A DNA stretch of 64,000 nt from Camelus ferus (lineage: Eukaryota). The stretch is from NCBI RefSeq assembly GCF_009834535.1, contig NC_045699.1, forward strand, positions 75,206,001 to 75,270,000, given 5' to 3'. This document shows positions 41,285 to 53,479 of this stretch, piece by piece. The position numbers and the translations under genes were made by a program. The notes under the pieces are model-generated. The model saw nothing but the letters and a program-made list of their open reading frames with translations, searched no databases and was not told where the DNA came from. Each line of letters opens with the position of its first letter. The first letter of the stretch is position 1.

Positions 41285-41950
41285 AGTGCGCGGCCGCCCG
41301 GCCAGGGCCGCGGCATGGGGCGGGTGCAGCTCTTCGAGGTCCGCCTGAGCCACGGTCGCGTCGTCTACAGCCCGGGGGAGCCGCTGGCGGGGGCCGTGCG
41401 CGTGCGCCTGGCGGCGCCTCTGCCCTTCCGAGGTGGGCGCGGGTTCCGGGGAGGGCAGCACCTGCGGCGGGCCGGACTGGGCTCCGGCGCGGCTGCGGAG
41501 GCACTGGGCCCGGGACCCGCGAGGCCGGGGGCGCCGCCAGCCGCCCCTTCGCCCTTTCCCGCCGGCCCGGGGCGCGTCCGGCCGCGGGGAGTGCTGCGGT
41601 GCGGCGGGGCGGGAGGCAGACCAGCCGGGGTGGGAGGCTGGCGGCGGCGGTCGGGGCGGAGCAGGGAGGCCGGGGTGGCCCAGTCCTTCCGCATCTGCCC
41701 TTCCTGTCCTCTCGGCCTCGGGGCGGCTAGATTCGGGACGGGGACTTAGAGCACGTACACCTGGCCCCAGGCCACTCCGACTTGGGTACCTGACGCCTCC
41801 AGCCTTTCCTGTCGGGTCTCCGGTCCGTTGCGCCCGCACCTGCTGGGCCCTTACCTGGCGCCTGGCCCACGCGGGGCTCTCTCCCACACACCCAGGCTCC
41901 TGGTGCCGGCCCACCCCTTGAGATACAGCCACGCCGACAGTGCGGGTCCC
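40650..41950 (+). promoter_or_regulatory. ARRDC1 CpG island promoter with G-run cluster
   Basis: CpG-dense; multiple GGGGCGGGG boxes at 41170-41245; no TATA. Confidence 0.8.
41251..41283 (+). repeat. (CGG)11 in the ARRDC1 5' leader
   Basis: Direct count; ends 31 nt before the ATG. Confidence 0.9.
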
Positions 41951-44900
41951 TGGTGGGGTCCGCGGGGCACGTGCTTATACCCAGCCTAGGGCTAGTCCTT
42001 GATGGCTGGGAGGGTCTTTCTCTTCCTCGGGTACCCGGGCCCTGCCCAGCAGGCGTCTGGAAGCTGAACCCGAGCCCTGCTGGCGCAGACACCTGGGACC
42101 CTGAGACTGGGGATCTGGCTGCTGCCCCAGCCCTGCTAGGGCTGCCTGCAGGTGCTGGCTGTGGCCGCTGTCTCAGCTCTGGACAGGGCCCTGAGTGGGA
42201 CTTCACACCTTGGCCATCAGGGTGTGGTGGGCAAAGCCTCAGGCTAGGGCTTCTTTCCTGAAGCCTGCCTCTGAGTGTGAGATCCTGTGGCTGGTGTATC
42301 TGTGCTGGGGTGCTTCTCTGCCTTGGGGTGCTCGGCCAGAACCACAGCTGTGGGGCTTCCCTCTGGACCTTGACCCTCCAGGCCCCTGTGTGGTTGACGG
42401 CTCAGCACTGGTGGTCCTCCTCTCTGGGCAGCTGCTGTCCGTCCTGGACAACCCCCGACCTTGCCACTGTGTGATGCTGCAGTGGTCTAGGAGGAAGCTG
42501 GGTGTAGGGTGTCTCTTGTCCGGCGTCCAGCCATGTGGAGCCTCCTCGCATGACCTGTCACCTCTTTCCTCTGTCCCCAGTTGGAATTTGGGGTTTGGGT
42601 GGTGGTAAGTATGGCCATGGCAGGGCCACAGAAGGGGCAGTGCACCTCTTCGCTGGAGCACGAGCCAGAGGTGAGAGGTGAGTGGGGCTGGTAGACTCCT
42701 GGATGAGGGGATGGTCCTGATGGCTGGAGGACAGACAGACCCCACACAGAGCTCACCACCTGGCTCACCCGCCCTGTCGTCCTCCTGTGGCTGGGGGCCA
42801 GGGCAAACAGGCCATTGCTGACCACAGGGAAGGGATGGCCCAAGTGTGGGTGACTGGCCTGGGCTGGGCAGAGTACCCTAGCCTCCATGTCGTGGGTGGG
42901 CTGTGAGCGAATGGGCAGCTGGCTCGCAGGAGGCTGAGGGAGTCCCTGCTGATGGGCTGACTGTAAAAGTGCTGGCTGAGCCCTGGGTAGGGGAGGAACA
43001 GGTCAGATTACCAGCTGGGGAGTCGATGGATGACTGGCCTTAGGCCAGAGAGGATATTATTCAGGTTTTACAGGGTAGAGGGGCTGGAGGTGCTGGGGCC
43101 GCTGGAGGGCTCCAGCCCTGCCTAGTGTAGGCAAGGAAAATCCCTGGTTCTTTTTTTTTCTTTCACTCAAAAGATACTTGTTGAGCTTCTGCTACCAGCC
43201 AGTGATGCAACAGGGAAGCCCCCAGGAGGACATGGAGGAAGGGGGCCTCTAAACACCCAACTGAGGAGTGATAGGGATGGTCTGCACTCAGCCTAGAGGA
43301 CACTGGTTGCCCTGGGAGCTGATGTGGAAGAAAGCTGGGGAAGGAGGCTTTTTCCTGGAGCCCAGGCGGGGCTGCCCAGGGTTGTGCTCTGGAAGTAGGT
43401 GACGAGGGAGGGTGATGCCCGGACAACAGCTGCAGCCAGCCCCCAGCTCAGCCAGCTAACCCAGCTCTCACCGTGGGCCAGGTGCCATTCCCATTTCCCG
43501 AGGACCAATTCCTCACAGCAACCTTGGGGGGACGGGCACTGTCATTCACCTCATGTTATAGGTTTGGAAACAGGGCAGAGAGAAGTGGCTCATAGGCCAA
43601 AGCAGTAGTGAAAGGAGTGGCAAAGACTGGGCTGTCCCGGGTTTGGGGAAGCTGGCGGAGGGTGGGAGAGACCTTTGCAACCAGAACAAGGAGGAGCAAC
43701 CAGAGGTCATACTGCAGGTGGTGCATGGAGGGCTGCTGGAGGTGGGAGTGTTGGCTCAAGAGGGAAGTTCCAGACGTCACTCTGGCACACGGTTCACAGG
43801 ATGATTTTCCTTATAGAACCGAGCAGCCCCAAACCTCCAAAGGCCGATACTTGTCAGTCTGGTGCTCGTCTTTCATCCTGCATCTGGCACTATTAGAACT
43901 AAAACACTTTAAACCTAGATGGCACCCCACGATCTGCACCTGGCCAGATGCACCTGCCCCTGTCCTCTGGCCTTGCTCACCCCAGCAGATACCCATGCCT
44001 GGGGCAGGAGGGACCTACTTTCTGTGTGTGTCCACTCCCTGCACCTCCATTGTCCCTGCAGAGGAGAGAGTGGATGGGAGCAGTTTGACTTTAAGATGGT
44101 GACTGGAGGCTGCACATCCCGGCAGTGACTCTGAAGGAGCCTCGGCCTGCATGCAAAGGGGGGCCTTTGCCTGATTGTTGGGAGGTTCACAGAGTTTGGG
44201 CCTCACTGGGATAACCAAAGGTGGGTTTGTTTTTCTGGGGTCAGGTGCCACTGTGGCTTGTTCACCTTAATTCTGGGGCTGGGTCTAGGCTGAGTGGAGG
44301 ACCGTTTCAGCCATCTTGCCGCTGGACATGTGGGTTATGCCTACATGGTTTGCCGTCATGCCTAGAGTGTTGTTCAAGGCTCCTGGGTAAACAGGGTGAG
44401 ATTCTAAGGAGAACTGCTCTGGTAACTGTGCATACAATTATAGCCGATTTGCCTGGTTCTTCAGGGCCTCCATCCGTATCAGCTTACAGCTTGATAGCTA
44501 TAAAGGAGTGTCTGTTTTTCTCCTTCATCTACCACACATATCAAAATATTTAATATTTGCCAATCTGATGGGTTAAAATGGCAAGTCATCTGCGTTTCCC
44601 TGAATTTTAGTAGGTTGGACATCTATTCCTTTACCTCCTACTTTGTGAAAGTCACCCCTAAAGTGAATAACAAAACAACCATTTTGTTATTACTCATGGT
44701 GGTGGGTTGGGAATTCGGGCAGAGGTGGGCACTGTGTGCCGTCTTTGGGGGCCGGTCTGGGGACCACTGCCCCCTTCCAGTGTAGCTGTTGTTTCCAGCA
44801 TCCCCAGAGCAGCCCAACCCGAGGAGGGGGCCTGCCCTCTCCACGGGGAGTGTTTAAAGCAGGGTGGCGTCTGGAGCCCGCCCGGATGTCTGGTTAGTTC

Positions 44901-47900
44901 ACAGTCATGCTCCCCCCTCTCTGCCTGCTCCCCTGATGGTTTCTCTTGGTAGGAGCAGCATTGGTGCTCCAGATTTCCAGGGTGGGAATAGTTAGTCCCA
45001 GGCCTGGCCCTCAGAAGGGACAGCTGATGGAGCGCGGATTAGAAATTAGGGCTGAGGTCTGGGTGGTGAGGCTGGGCTGGCATGGAAGCCGAGAGTGGCC
45101 ACTGGCGGTGCTGACGGGGCAGAGGGCAGCCCGGGGCACTGTGGGACCAAAAGGAGGCCTGTGCCCGCAATGTGGGACCAGCCTGGGGAGACCACGGGCA
45201 CAGCTGGTGTGGCTGACCCCTAGTACTGGGCACTTAAGACACCACCTTCTTCCTGCCTAGTGGCTCCGTCAGGAAAGTGTCAGATTCTGAGTCACCTTCC
45301 TTCACCTGACCGTCAAGTCAGGGGAGGAAGAGGGCTGGGCAGGCAGGCTAAAGTACTTGGCCTTGACTCAGCAGGGAGAGGGAGGGGAGGGCGCCTCTGG
45401 GCTGTCCGTCACTGAGCTCCCACTCCCTGCCTTGCTTGGGTCTCCAGCTGTGCTGTTCCCTCTGGTGACCAGCGTTAGCGTTAGCTGGGCCTGGTTCAGC
45501 CATGACCTTCTGACTATAGTGGGCTCTGGGCACAGGTCTCTGGAACAGAGGAATTTGAGATCCTGACCAGCAGACGGACTGTGGCAGTGACCTCTGCTGT
45601 GAGGTTCCTGGTCTGTGTGCTTCCACTGGGAGCGGGTGGCGGTGGTGGGGTTGGGCAGGTCCAAGCCATCTCAACGCAGAAAACCAGCCCTCCTGGGCAG
45701 TACCGGCCCAGGAAGCCATGGTGTCCCCACACCTTCCAGTGTGCCAGACTGTTGGCTTTCTTATCTGCTCAGGCAGGTCTGACCACATTCCTGCAACTTA
45801 AGGGCTAGCAGTTAGCTTCCTGGAGCGGAAAGGGGTGCCTCCCAGACTAATTGATTTGCCTGTGAGGCAGCACGAAGGTGGGGGTGGAGGTCAGATGCCC
45901 CACAGGCCTCTCTTCACTATCAGTTTCCCAAGCATCCCCTATAGGGATTGCAGTTTTTACTGGTCTGATGGAGGTTGGGGGTTGCCCAGGGATCATCTGG
46001 GCGACCATTGGGAACTTCTTGTTCTGGACTGCAGGATAGATGGAGCTCTGTGCCTCAACACCCTGGCTCCCTGAAAGCACCCCAAGATGCAGGATGGGCA
46101 GGTGTCCTCTGGAGGGCACAGGCCATGGGCTGGCCTTCCCAGGGCCTAGCTGGGTGGGACTGCCTGGTCCCTGGGTGCTACCAGCCTTGCCTGCATCCCT
46201 GTGCTAGGGGTAGGAAGGGGCCCAGGTCAGCACGTGGCTGGGGCTCATGCTGTCCCCAACTTGCAGCCATCCGGGTGACCTGCACGGGGTCCTGCAGGGT
46301 CTCCAACAAGGCCAATGACGCAGCGTGGGTGGCGGAGGAGGGCTACTTCAACAGCGCTCTGTCTCTAGCTGACAAAGGTGAGTCTGTGAACCTGTCCCTC
46401 ACCCCATCCTATACGGTGACGCCTTGGGGCAGCCCTTGCTTGAGAGTGCGGTCTGGGGGAGGATATAGCTCAAGTGGTGGAGCGCATGCCTAGCATGCAC
46501 AAGGTCCTGGGTTTAATCCCCAATACCTCCTCTATAAATAAATAAATAAACCTAATCACCTCCCCCCTGAAAAAATAAGAATTAAAGAAAAGAAAGAAAA
46601 GAGAGTGTGACCTGTCTGTGCATCCTACCTCTCTGTCTGCCCCGGGACCCTGTGCTGGACCACCCTCTTCCAGGACTGCGCACTCCGATGGATTTTTCTC
46701 CCTGGCAGGCACGAGGCATTGCCTGATAGGGGCTGAGTGGCTGAAGAGGGCCGCTTCTCCTGGATTTGGATGGGCTCTGGCCCAACCCCAGAGGAGCCCT
46801 GACCCCCCTCCTGCTCAAACTCTCATCCCCCATCCTTTGCCCAGGCCACAGCCCTATGCTGCTGAGGTGCTGGTGACAGAGGCTGGGGGAACCCAGCAGC
46901 CAGACGCAGCCTGCTTCTGTCCTGGGCCCTGTGATGTCACCTCTAGGCTCCTGAGGTCCCCTCTCCCCACACCTCCCTCCTGTCTCTGCAGGGAGCCTGC
47001 CTGCTGGAGAGCACAGCTTCCCATTCCAGTTCCTGCTTCCTGGTGAGAGCCCAGCCTGGCCAGGCCTGGTGGTGATAGTTGCCAGGGGTGGGGTGGGTGA
47101 GAGATGAGGTGGGGACAGACAGCCGGTGCCAGTCCCTGCTCTCTCTCCAGCCACAGCTCCCACGTCCTTTGAGGGCCCTTTTGGGAAGATTGTGCACCAG
47201 GTCCGGGCCACCATTGACACTCCACGTTTCTCCAAGGATCACCAGTGCAGCCGCGTGTTCTACATTTTGAGCCCCCTGAACCTGAATAGCATCCCAGACA
47301 TCGAGGTGAGCCTGGGGCACTGGCCTCCTGGGTGGCCTGTACCCCTGCAGGAAGCCCTGTCCCCAGCAGAGGTGAGGTGTCCAGGGTCTGGAAGAGCAGT
47401 GGCCCCTCTTTCCTGAACTGACCATGCTGTGTCCCGGGGCCCCAGGGATCTAGCCTGCCCACACCTGCCAACCCCCAACCTGCTCTCCTTCCAAGCAACC
47501 CAATGTGGCCTCTACCACCAAGAAGTTCTCCTACAAGCTGGTTAAGACGGGCAGCGTGGTCCTTACTGCCAGCACTGACCTCCGAGGCTATGTGGTGGGA
47601 CAGGTGCTGCGGTTGCAGGCAGACATCGAGAACCAGTCTGGCAAGGACACCAGCCCTGTGGTGGCCAGTCTGTTGCAGGTTAGAGTCCCTGTGGGGCAGA
47701 GGAGGGGTAGATGGCTGGCCTGCCCAGGTTCACAGGGTGGCTGTTTTCCAGAAAGTGTCCTATAAGGCCAAGCGCTGGATTTACGATGTGCGGACCATCG
47801 CAGAGGTGGAAGGTGCCAGTGTCAAGGCCTGGAGGCGGGCGCAGTGGCAAGAGCAGATCCTGGTGCCCGCCCTGCCTCAGTCTGCCCTGCCGGGCTGCAG

Positions 47901-48600
47901 CCTCATCCACGTGGACTACTACCTGCAGGTCTGGGGGTGCAGGGGTGGTGGAGGAGGGGCCATGTGGGAGGAGGGGCCAGCGGCCTGGCCCCTCACCCCA
48001 CCCCCCAACCTCTCCAGGTCTCCATGAAGACTCCAGAAGCCATCGTGACCCTCCCGGTCTTCATCGGCAATATTGCTGTGAACCAAGCCCCACTGAGCCC
48101 CCGGCCAGGCCCAGGGCTGCCTCCTGGGGTCCCACCCCTGGTAGTGCCCTCAGCACCACCCCAGGAGGAGATGGAGGCCGAGGCCTGCAGCCCCCACTTC
48201 TTGGCGAACCCTGTCTCCCTCTCCACCAAGAGCCACTCACAACAGCAGCAGCAGCAGCCCCCTGCCGCCTTAAGCTCTGTGCCTGGTGCCCCTGAACCCC
48301 GTCCTCAGGATGGTAGCCCCGCCCCCCACCCTCTGCCCCCTCCCTTGTGCATCTCCACAGGTGCCACCGTTCCCTACTTTGCAGAGGGTTCTGGAGGGCC
48401 GGTGCCCACCACCAGTACCTTGATCCTCCCCCCGGAGTACAGCTCGTGGGGCTACCCCTATGGTGAGTGGGGGCCTGGGTCCTGGTGGGGAGGGAGGGCC
48501 ACAGGCCCCATGCAGACCCAGCTCTCTCCCTGCAGAGGCCCCGCCGTCCTATGAGCAGAGCTGCGGCAGTGCGGACCCCGGCCTGACCCCCGGGAGCTGA
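41315..48600 (+). CDS. ARRDC1: Arrestin domain-containing 1, 434 aa; exons 41315-41432, 46267-46377, 46992-47042, 47151-47305, 47496-47678, 47752-47928, 48018-48462, 48536-48600
   Basis: MGRVQLFEVRLSHGRVVYSPGEPLAG...|AIRVTC...|GSLPAGEHSFPFQFLLP|ATAPTSFEGPFGKIVHQVRA...; arrestin N/C folds, PSAP (48147-48158), PPEY (48429-48440), PPSY (48541-48552); 1305 nt, GT/AG, in phase. Confidence 0.96.
46455..46600 (+). mobile_element. tRNA-Ala-derived SINE, sense orientation in ARRDC1 intron 2
   Basis: A/B boxes and AGC anticodon arm; degenerate TSD gagagtgcggtct (46442-46454) / gagagtgtgacct (46601-46613). Confidence 0.9.
48240..48257 (+). repeat. CAA(CAG)5 coding repeat (Gln6) in ARRDC1 exon 7
   Basis: Direct reading KSHSQQQQQQPP. 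Confidence 0.85.
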
Positions 48601-48821
48601 CCCGTGCCGCCTTCTCTGGGCGGCCGACCTCTGCCCTGGGACTGGGCTCCCAGGGCCTCGTGCCTTCGCTCCCGGCCTGGCCCAGCCCACTCAGGATCCG
48701 CCGCTCTCCGGCCGCTCCCCGCGGCCTCCGCCTCCGGACCAGCATCTGCCCCAACTAGTCTCCGCGGCTGCCCTGTACTCGGCCTCTCCCCGGGGGTTGG
48801 GGCCTGGAGAGACGCAGTGTA

Positions 48822-48827
48822 AATAAA
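48822..48827 (+). terminator. ARRDC1 poly(A) signal
   Basis: AATAAA 221 nt after the stop, followed by a GT/T-rich segment. Confidence 0.75.
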
Positions 48828-50429
48828 GCGCTTCATTTGTAGAGCTGGGCACAGGGGCCTGCCGGACGCCCTCTCCTGCTGGGTGTGTGCGGGCTGCGCC
48901 CCGCCCGCCCGGGCCGCTCAGCCGCCCAGTTCCCCGGGGCTCTGGAGGACTCGCCCCTCCTCGGCCCCGCCCCCGCAGCCCCTCTTCCGCTCGGGGCCCC
49001 TCCCCCTTCCGGGTGTCGGGCCGGAGAGTGGGCGCGGGGGGCGCCCCCCGTCGGCGGGTACGACCAGCCCTGGGAACGGGGCGTGGGGGTTGCCCAGGGC
49101 GGGACTGGCGCGGGGCTCCCGGTTCCGCTTCAGGATGTGCCCCAGAGCCTCAGCGTTCACTTAGAGTGACCCTGTACTGGGGAGGGCACCGCCTCTGCTC
49201 CCTGCAGTGGCGGTCCACGGCCCTGGGCAACGCCGCTCAGACCTTCCGAGCCGCAGGAAACCCCGTAGGGCGTGAGGGGCGGGCTTCCCCAAGCCCCTCC
49301 CTTACCCTTGGCCTCAGTCTCTCGCCCCTTTGGCACCACCGCCATGTCTGGTCTAAGAGACGCTGCTTCTCGATTCCCACCCCAAGTGCGAACACATGAG
49401 CCCGCTTCCGAGGTCTACACGTCCAAGGACTATCGTCTAGGACATAGGGGACGGAGGAGCAAATAAAAAGTCAGGGTTGGCAGGCAGCGTTTCCCAAAGC
49501 TGTGTCACTCCAAAGGGGCCATGAATGCCCCACGGGGATGGGGTCCTGGAATGTGCTTTGGGAAGCCCTGGAGGTGGCGTTGAGATAAAATTTGGGTTCA
49601 AATTTCAGCTCTGCCATATGGTGAAGGGGTGACCTTAGCTAGGTGTGTCAGTTTATAAAAACCTCAGGAATATGAGGGGCAGGTTGCGAGCCCACGCCCC
49701 CTGCCCTCCATAACATGATTAAGTTTTCTTTGACGTTCAGATACTCATATGTATATATACACTTCATGATATACATTTATTTCTTGTGCATTTGACAGTC
49801 CAGAGGTGGAAGATTCAGGCTTGGTGGCATAGCTGTCGTTCTCAAGCCGAGGTTCCCACCCCTGGGTCCAGAATGGCTGTTCCAGTCTCCACCATCACCC
49901 AGCTGACTTGGCTTGCACCTCCAACTTCTGGGGGGCACAGGCTGGGAAGTAAATTGTATCACTCTTGCACACATCCCACTGGCTGCCTTTTCCAGATGGA
50001 AATGTGTAGGCAGCTGTGTGCCCTAAAATTTTACTATTTGTGGGTCAAGGAGAGGATGAATGCTGGAGAAAAGTGCAAAGCATGCCACAAGCAGGATAAC
50101 CTGTGAAACGTCTACTAGAAGCTGTAGCCTTATGGTTGAGACTCGTTTGCCTGTTTCAAATGGCATCCTGACAGTTGTGTGGCCTTGAAGGCACTCCCCT
50201 GCTTTGGTTCACTCACATAAGGTGGGTAAAAACAATGTCTGCCTCTCAGGACTGACCTGATGGTCAAAGAGGTAACATGTAACACGTCGTGTGCCAAGAA
50301 CACCTCTCAGTGGTCATAGGAGGCTAAGGGCAGGTCAGGCTGGTGGTGCAAAATGGGAGCATAGTCTACTTCTGACACATTGACTTACAGTAGATATCTG
50401 CCTGGTAAAGCACTTTTCTCCACATCTTA

Positions 50430-50760
50430 ACTCATTTATTCATTCAACAAATATTTATTTTGCCTCCTGCATGCCAAGCATTGTTCTAATCCCTGAACTT
50501 TTGGACTTACATTCCAGTGGGGAAAACAGACAATATGGTCATGGAGTGCTATGGGGTAAAATAAAGCAAGGAAGTTTTGGAGTGCAGTATTGTTTTAAGT
50601 AGGGAGGCCAGGGCATGCTTCCCTGAATAAGCGATATTTAATCCCAAGGATGGTCATGATGTGAGCCACACAGATGTCTGAGATGAGGGTTTCAGGGAAG
50701 GAACAGACGGGACCCACGGCAGGAGTGGAAAGGGAGAAGATGGTGCCAGACAGCTAGGTG
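50430..50760 (-). mobile_element. L2 3' end
   Basis: ttcattcaacaaatatttattttgcctcctgcatgccaagcattgttctaa. Confidence 0.7.
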
Positions 50761-51259
50761 TGGGTAAAGGCAGGTTGGGCCACGCAGGCCATGGAAGATG
50801 ACTGTTCCTGGGGCTCCAACAGAGCTTGGGGTTCCTGGCCTGTCACGAGCTGACTTAGGCTGCCCCAAAGAAACCTGGGAAGGCCTCCTTGGTACTTAGG
50901 GTCGTACTGCCTCCTCTGCACCTAGGCACCATCAATCCTTGACTCAGTGGAATAATTCTCCTGGAGTCTAATCACCCATGAGATTGTATCCTCACGGGAG
51001 TGAGGTCCAGATTAGCCTTTGACTCCGGGCCTTCTCACTTCCTGTTGTGAAGACTGGCGGAAGAACCTCAATTTCAGTCTATGCTTCTTTCCTCAACTCC
51101 CAGGGAAAAGACAAACAGGTCTGACCATGAAGAGTGGGTGGCTTAAGCCAGTTTGTGGTGCTGTCCAGTGAAGGCTGCTTGATGTTCAGGAAAAGTTCTT
51201 GCCCTGTGCATAACTCGGTGGCCTGCAGGGAGGTTGGAGTGATCGGGGAGGCTGCCCCG

Positions 51260-51745
51260 CCTCGGGCACACCTTTTAACTAGGGCACCCCCCCCAAGCCA
51301 GCCATCTTCCCTAACCAGAGCACCTTCTCCCCAAATCGGGGACAACCCTCCCCACAGATATTCTCCGCCTCATCCCGTACTTCCCAACCACGACACTGTC
51401 CCCGGCCAGGGCACACCCTCCTAGCGGCGCACTTTTCCTGATCAGAGCATCCTCCCCCGCAGTGCGGACATGCGCCCTGGCCGGGGCACCGCAGCGCGGG
51501 GGCACTCACATTAACTGGAGCACCCCTAACGATGACAACCCTCCCCACTGGGACAGTACCCTCTGCCCCCGGAGAGCCGCTTTCTCAGGACGTCACTCTC
51601 AGCCGCGACCCGCCTCCCCACGCCGGGCACATTCCATAACCGAAATACCCCACCCCCCAAGCCGGGGAATTCTCCCTAACCGGACACAGCCCGCAACTGG
51701 TGCACCCCTCCCAGCCGGGACACCCCCACCGGGCACCGCCCTAAG
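51260..51745. repeat. Degenerate GGRCAC + C-tract repeat array
   Basis: About 18 irregularly spaced motifs such as gggcacacc, gagcaccttctcccc, gggacaaccctcccc, gggcacaccctcc and gggacacccccacc. Confidence 0.6.
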
Positions 51746-51779
51746 ACGCAAGTCGGGGTCCGCCTTCTGAGAATGCCGA

Positions 51780-52950
51780 CGGAATCGATGTGTGTCCGGG
51801 GTTAGAGGTCAGGGGTCCTTCCCCACCAGGCCAGCCCGCCAGAATGCCTACGCAGAGTGAGAGGCTATCGCGCAAATGGGAGGACCACCGGAGGACGACG
51901 TGCGGCGCCGCGACGACTCCAGAAGGCCGCTACTCCCGGCCCCGCCCCCGCGGCCCGCCGTGGAGCTCCGGTTCCGGCCGGCGCAGGCCCGCGCCGCGGA
52001 CGCCGCTCACTGGCCACAGCGCGCAGGCGCGGGCTCGGGCGCAGGCGCAGACGCGCGCGACCGGCCCNNNNNNNNNNNNNNNNNNNNNNNNNNNNNNNNN
52101 NNNNNNNNNNNNNNNNNNNNNNNNNNNNNNNNNNNNNNNNNNNNNNNNNNNNNNNNNNNNNNNNNNNNNNNNNNNNNNNNNNNNNNNNNNNNNNNNNNNN
52201 NNNNNNNNNNNNNNNNNNNNNNNNNNNGCGGCGGGCCTGCGGGCCGGGCGCGCGGGCGGAGGCGCGGGGCGCGGGGCGCGGGCGAGGGGCGGGCGGGCCG
52301 GCGCCTCCCCGCCACCCCCGCGCCTCAGGCCGAGGCCGGGCCGAGGCGGCCGGGCGTCCGGGCCGCGCTGCGCGGGGCGCGCTTTGTGCGGGCGGGCGGA
52401 GGGGAGAGCGAGGGCGAGACGCGGCGGGCGCGGAGGGCCGCCGCCCGCGCCCCTGCCCGCGCCCCGAGCCCCCGGGGGGGCGGCCTGGAGCCCCGCGGAA
52501 GGGGCGGAGGACAAAAGGGAAAGTGGGGCGAGCCGGCCAACTTGGCGGCGCGAGTCGAGGCGAGGCTGTGCGCTCCCGGCGCCGCTCCTGCGCCCGCTGA
52601 CCTTTCACTTTGTTCCGAATAGGATGGCTCCGTCTTTCAGGAAAAGTTGGCCGGGCCGGCGCGCCGCTCCCGGACAATGCGGCCGGCCTGGTGGCTGTCA
52701 GGCGCAGGAGGGCACGACTTCTGCTCGTTTTAGGCGAGCGCTCAGCCGGGGCTCCGGATGTGAAAGTTCCCGTCCCTTTGTTGATGTCCCCGGCCTCCCC
52801 TTTACTCGTTCTCAGGAATAGTTTCCCCGGCTCGCAGCGGCAGGGGGATCAAACTCTCGTGAGGTGGACCACTGGCTTCCTGCAGCCCGGAGAGCAGGCG
52901 GGCGGCGGCGTGCCCGTGGAGACGCGGGGATAGTGCGCTCGCGGGGCTGG
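51780..52950 (+). promoter_or_regulatory. CpG island, inferred EHMT1 promoter / exon 1 region
   Basis: Extremely CpG-dense; NRF1-like GCGCAGGCGC at 52021-52030 and 52039-52048; position matches the mammalian order ARRDC1-EHMT1. Confidence 0.7.
52068..52227. other. Assembly gap (160 N), probably hiding EHMT1 exon 1
   Basis: Run of N in the centre of the island. Confidence 0.95.
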
Positions 52951-53479
52951 CATAAGGGACCAGTTTGGGAAAAAGTGATGACCTGGCGGTTTTCCCGTGA
53001 AATGACTCCACGTGTAGTCATAGCTGAGGGGACTTGTAAAGATCAGAGGCTGAGGTGTGTCCTAAGACCCTGTTACAGGAACCTGATGTGTGGACTCGGT
53101 GCATTTTTATCCAGGTAACTCACAGTCTGTTTACATTTCTTTATTTTTCTCTTACATTTTTGGGGGGGTATTGATATAAATAAACTGGTGCAGGGGAGTT
53201 TTTAAATTCAGCGCAGGGAGTATTAAGCGCCTGCAACATTCAAGGAACGTATTAGGCTCAACAAAAGAAAAAAGGTGAACTGTGTAACCCCAGGTCACTT
53301 CCAGGCTTGTTGGAGAGGAGATGGGTGGTGATTCTGGGATCACTTGTCAAGCATCTTCTGCGTCCGGCGCTGCAGGCCCTTGGGTAAGTCCTCTTGTGTA
53401 GCTTTCTCTGCTCCGGCAGTAGTTACTGTTCTTCCTGTTTAGCAGATGAGGAGGAGACACTTGGAAGAAATTGAATGAC

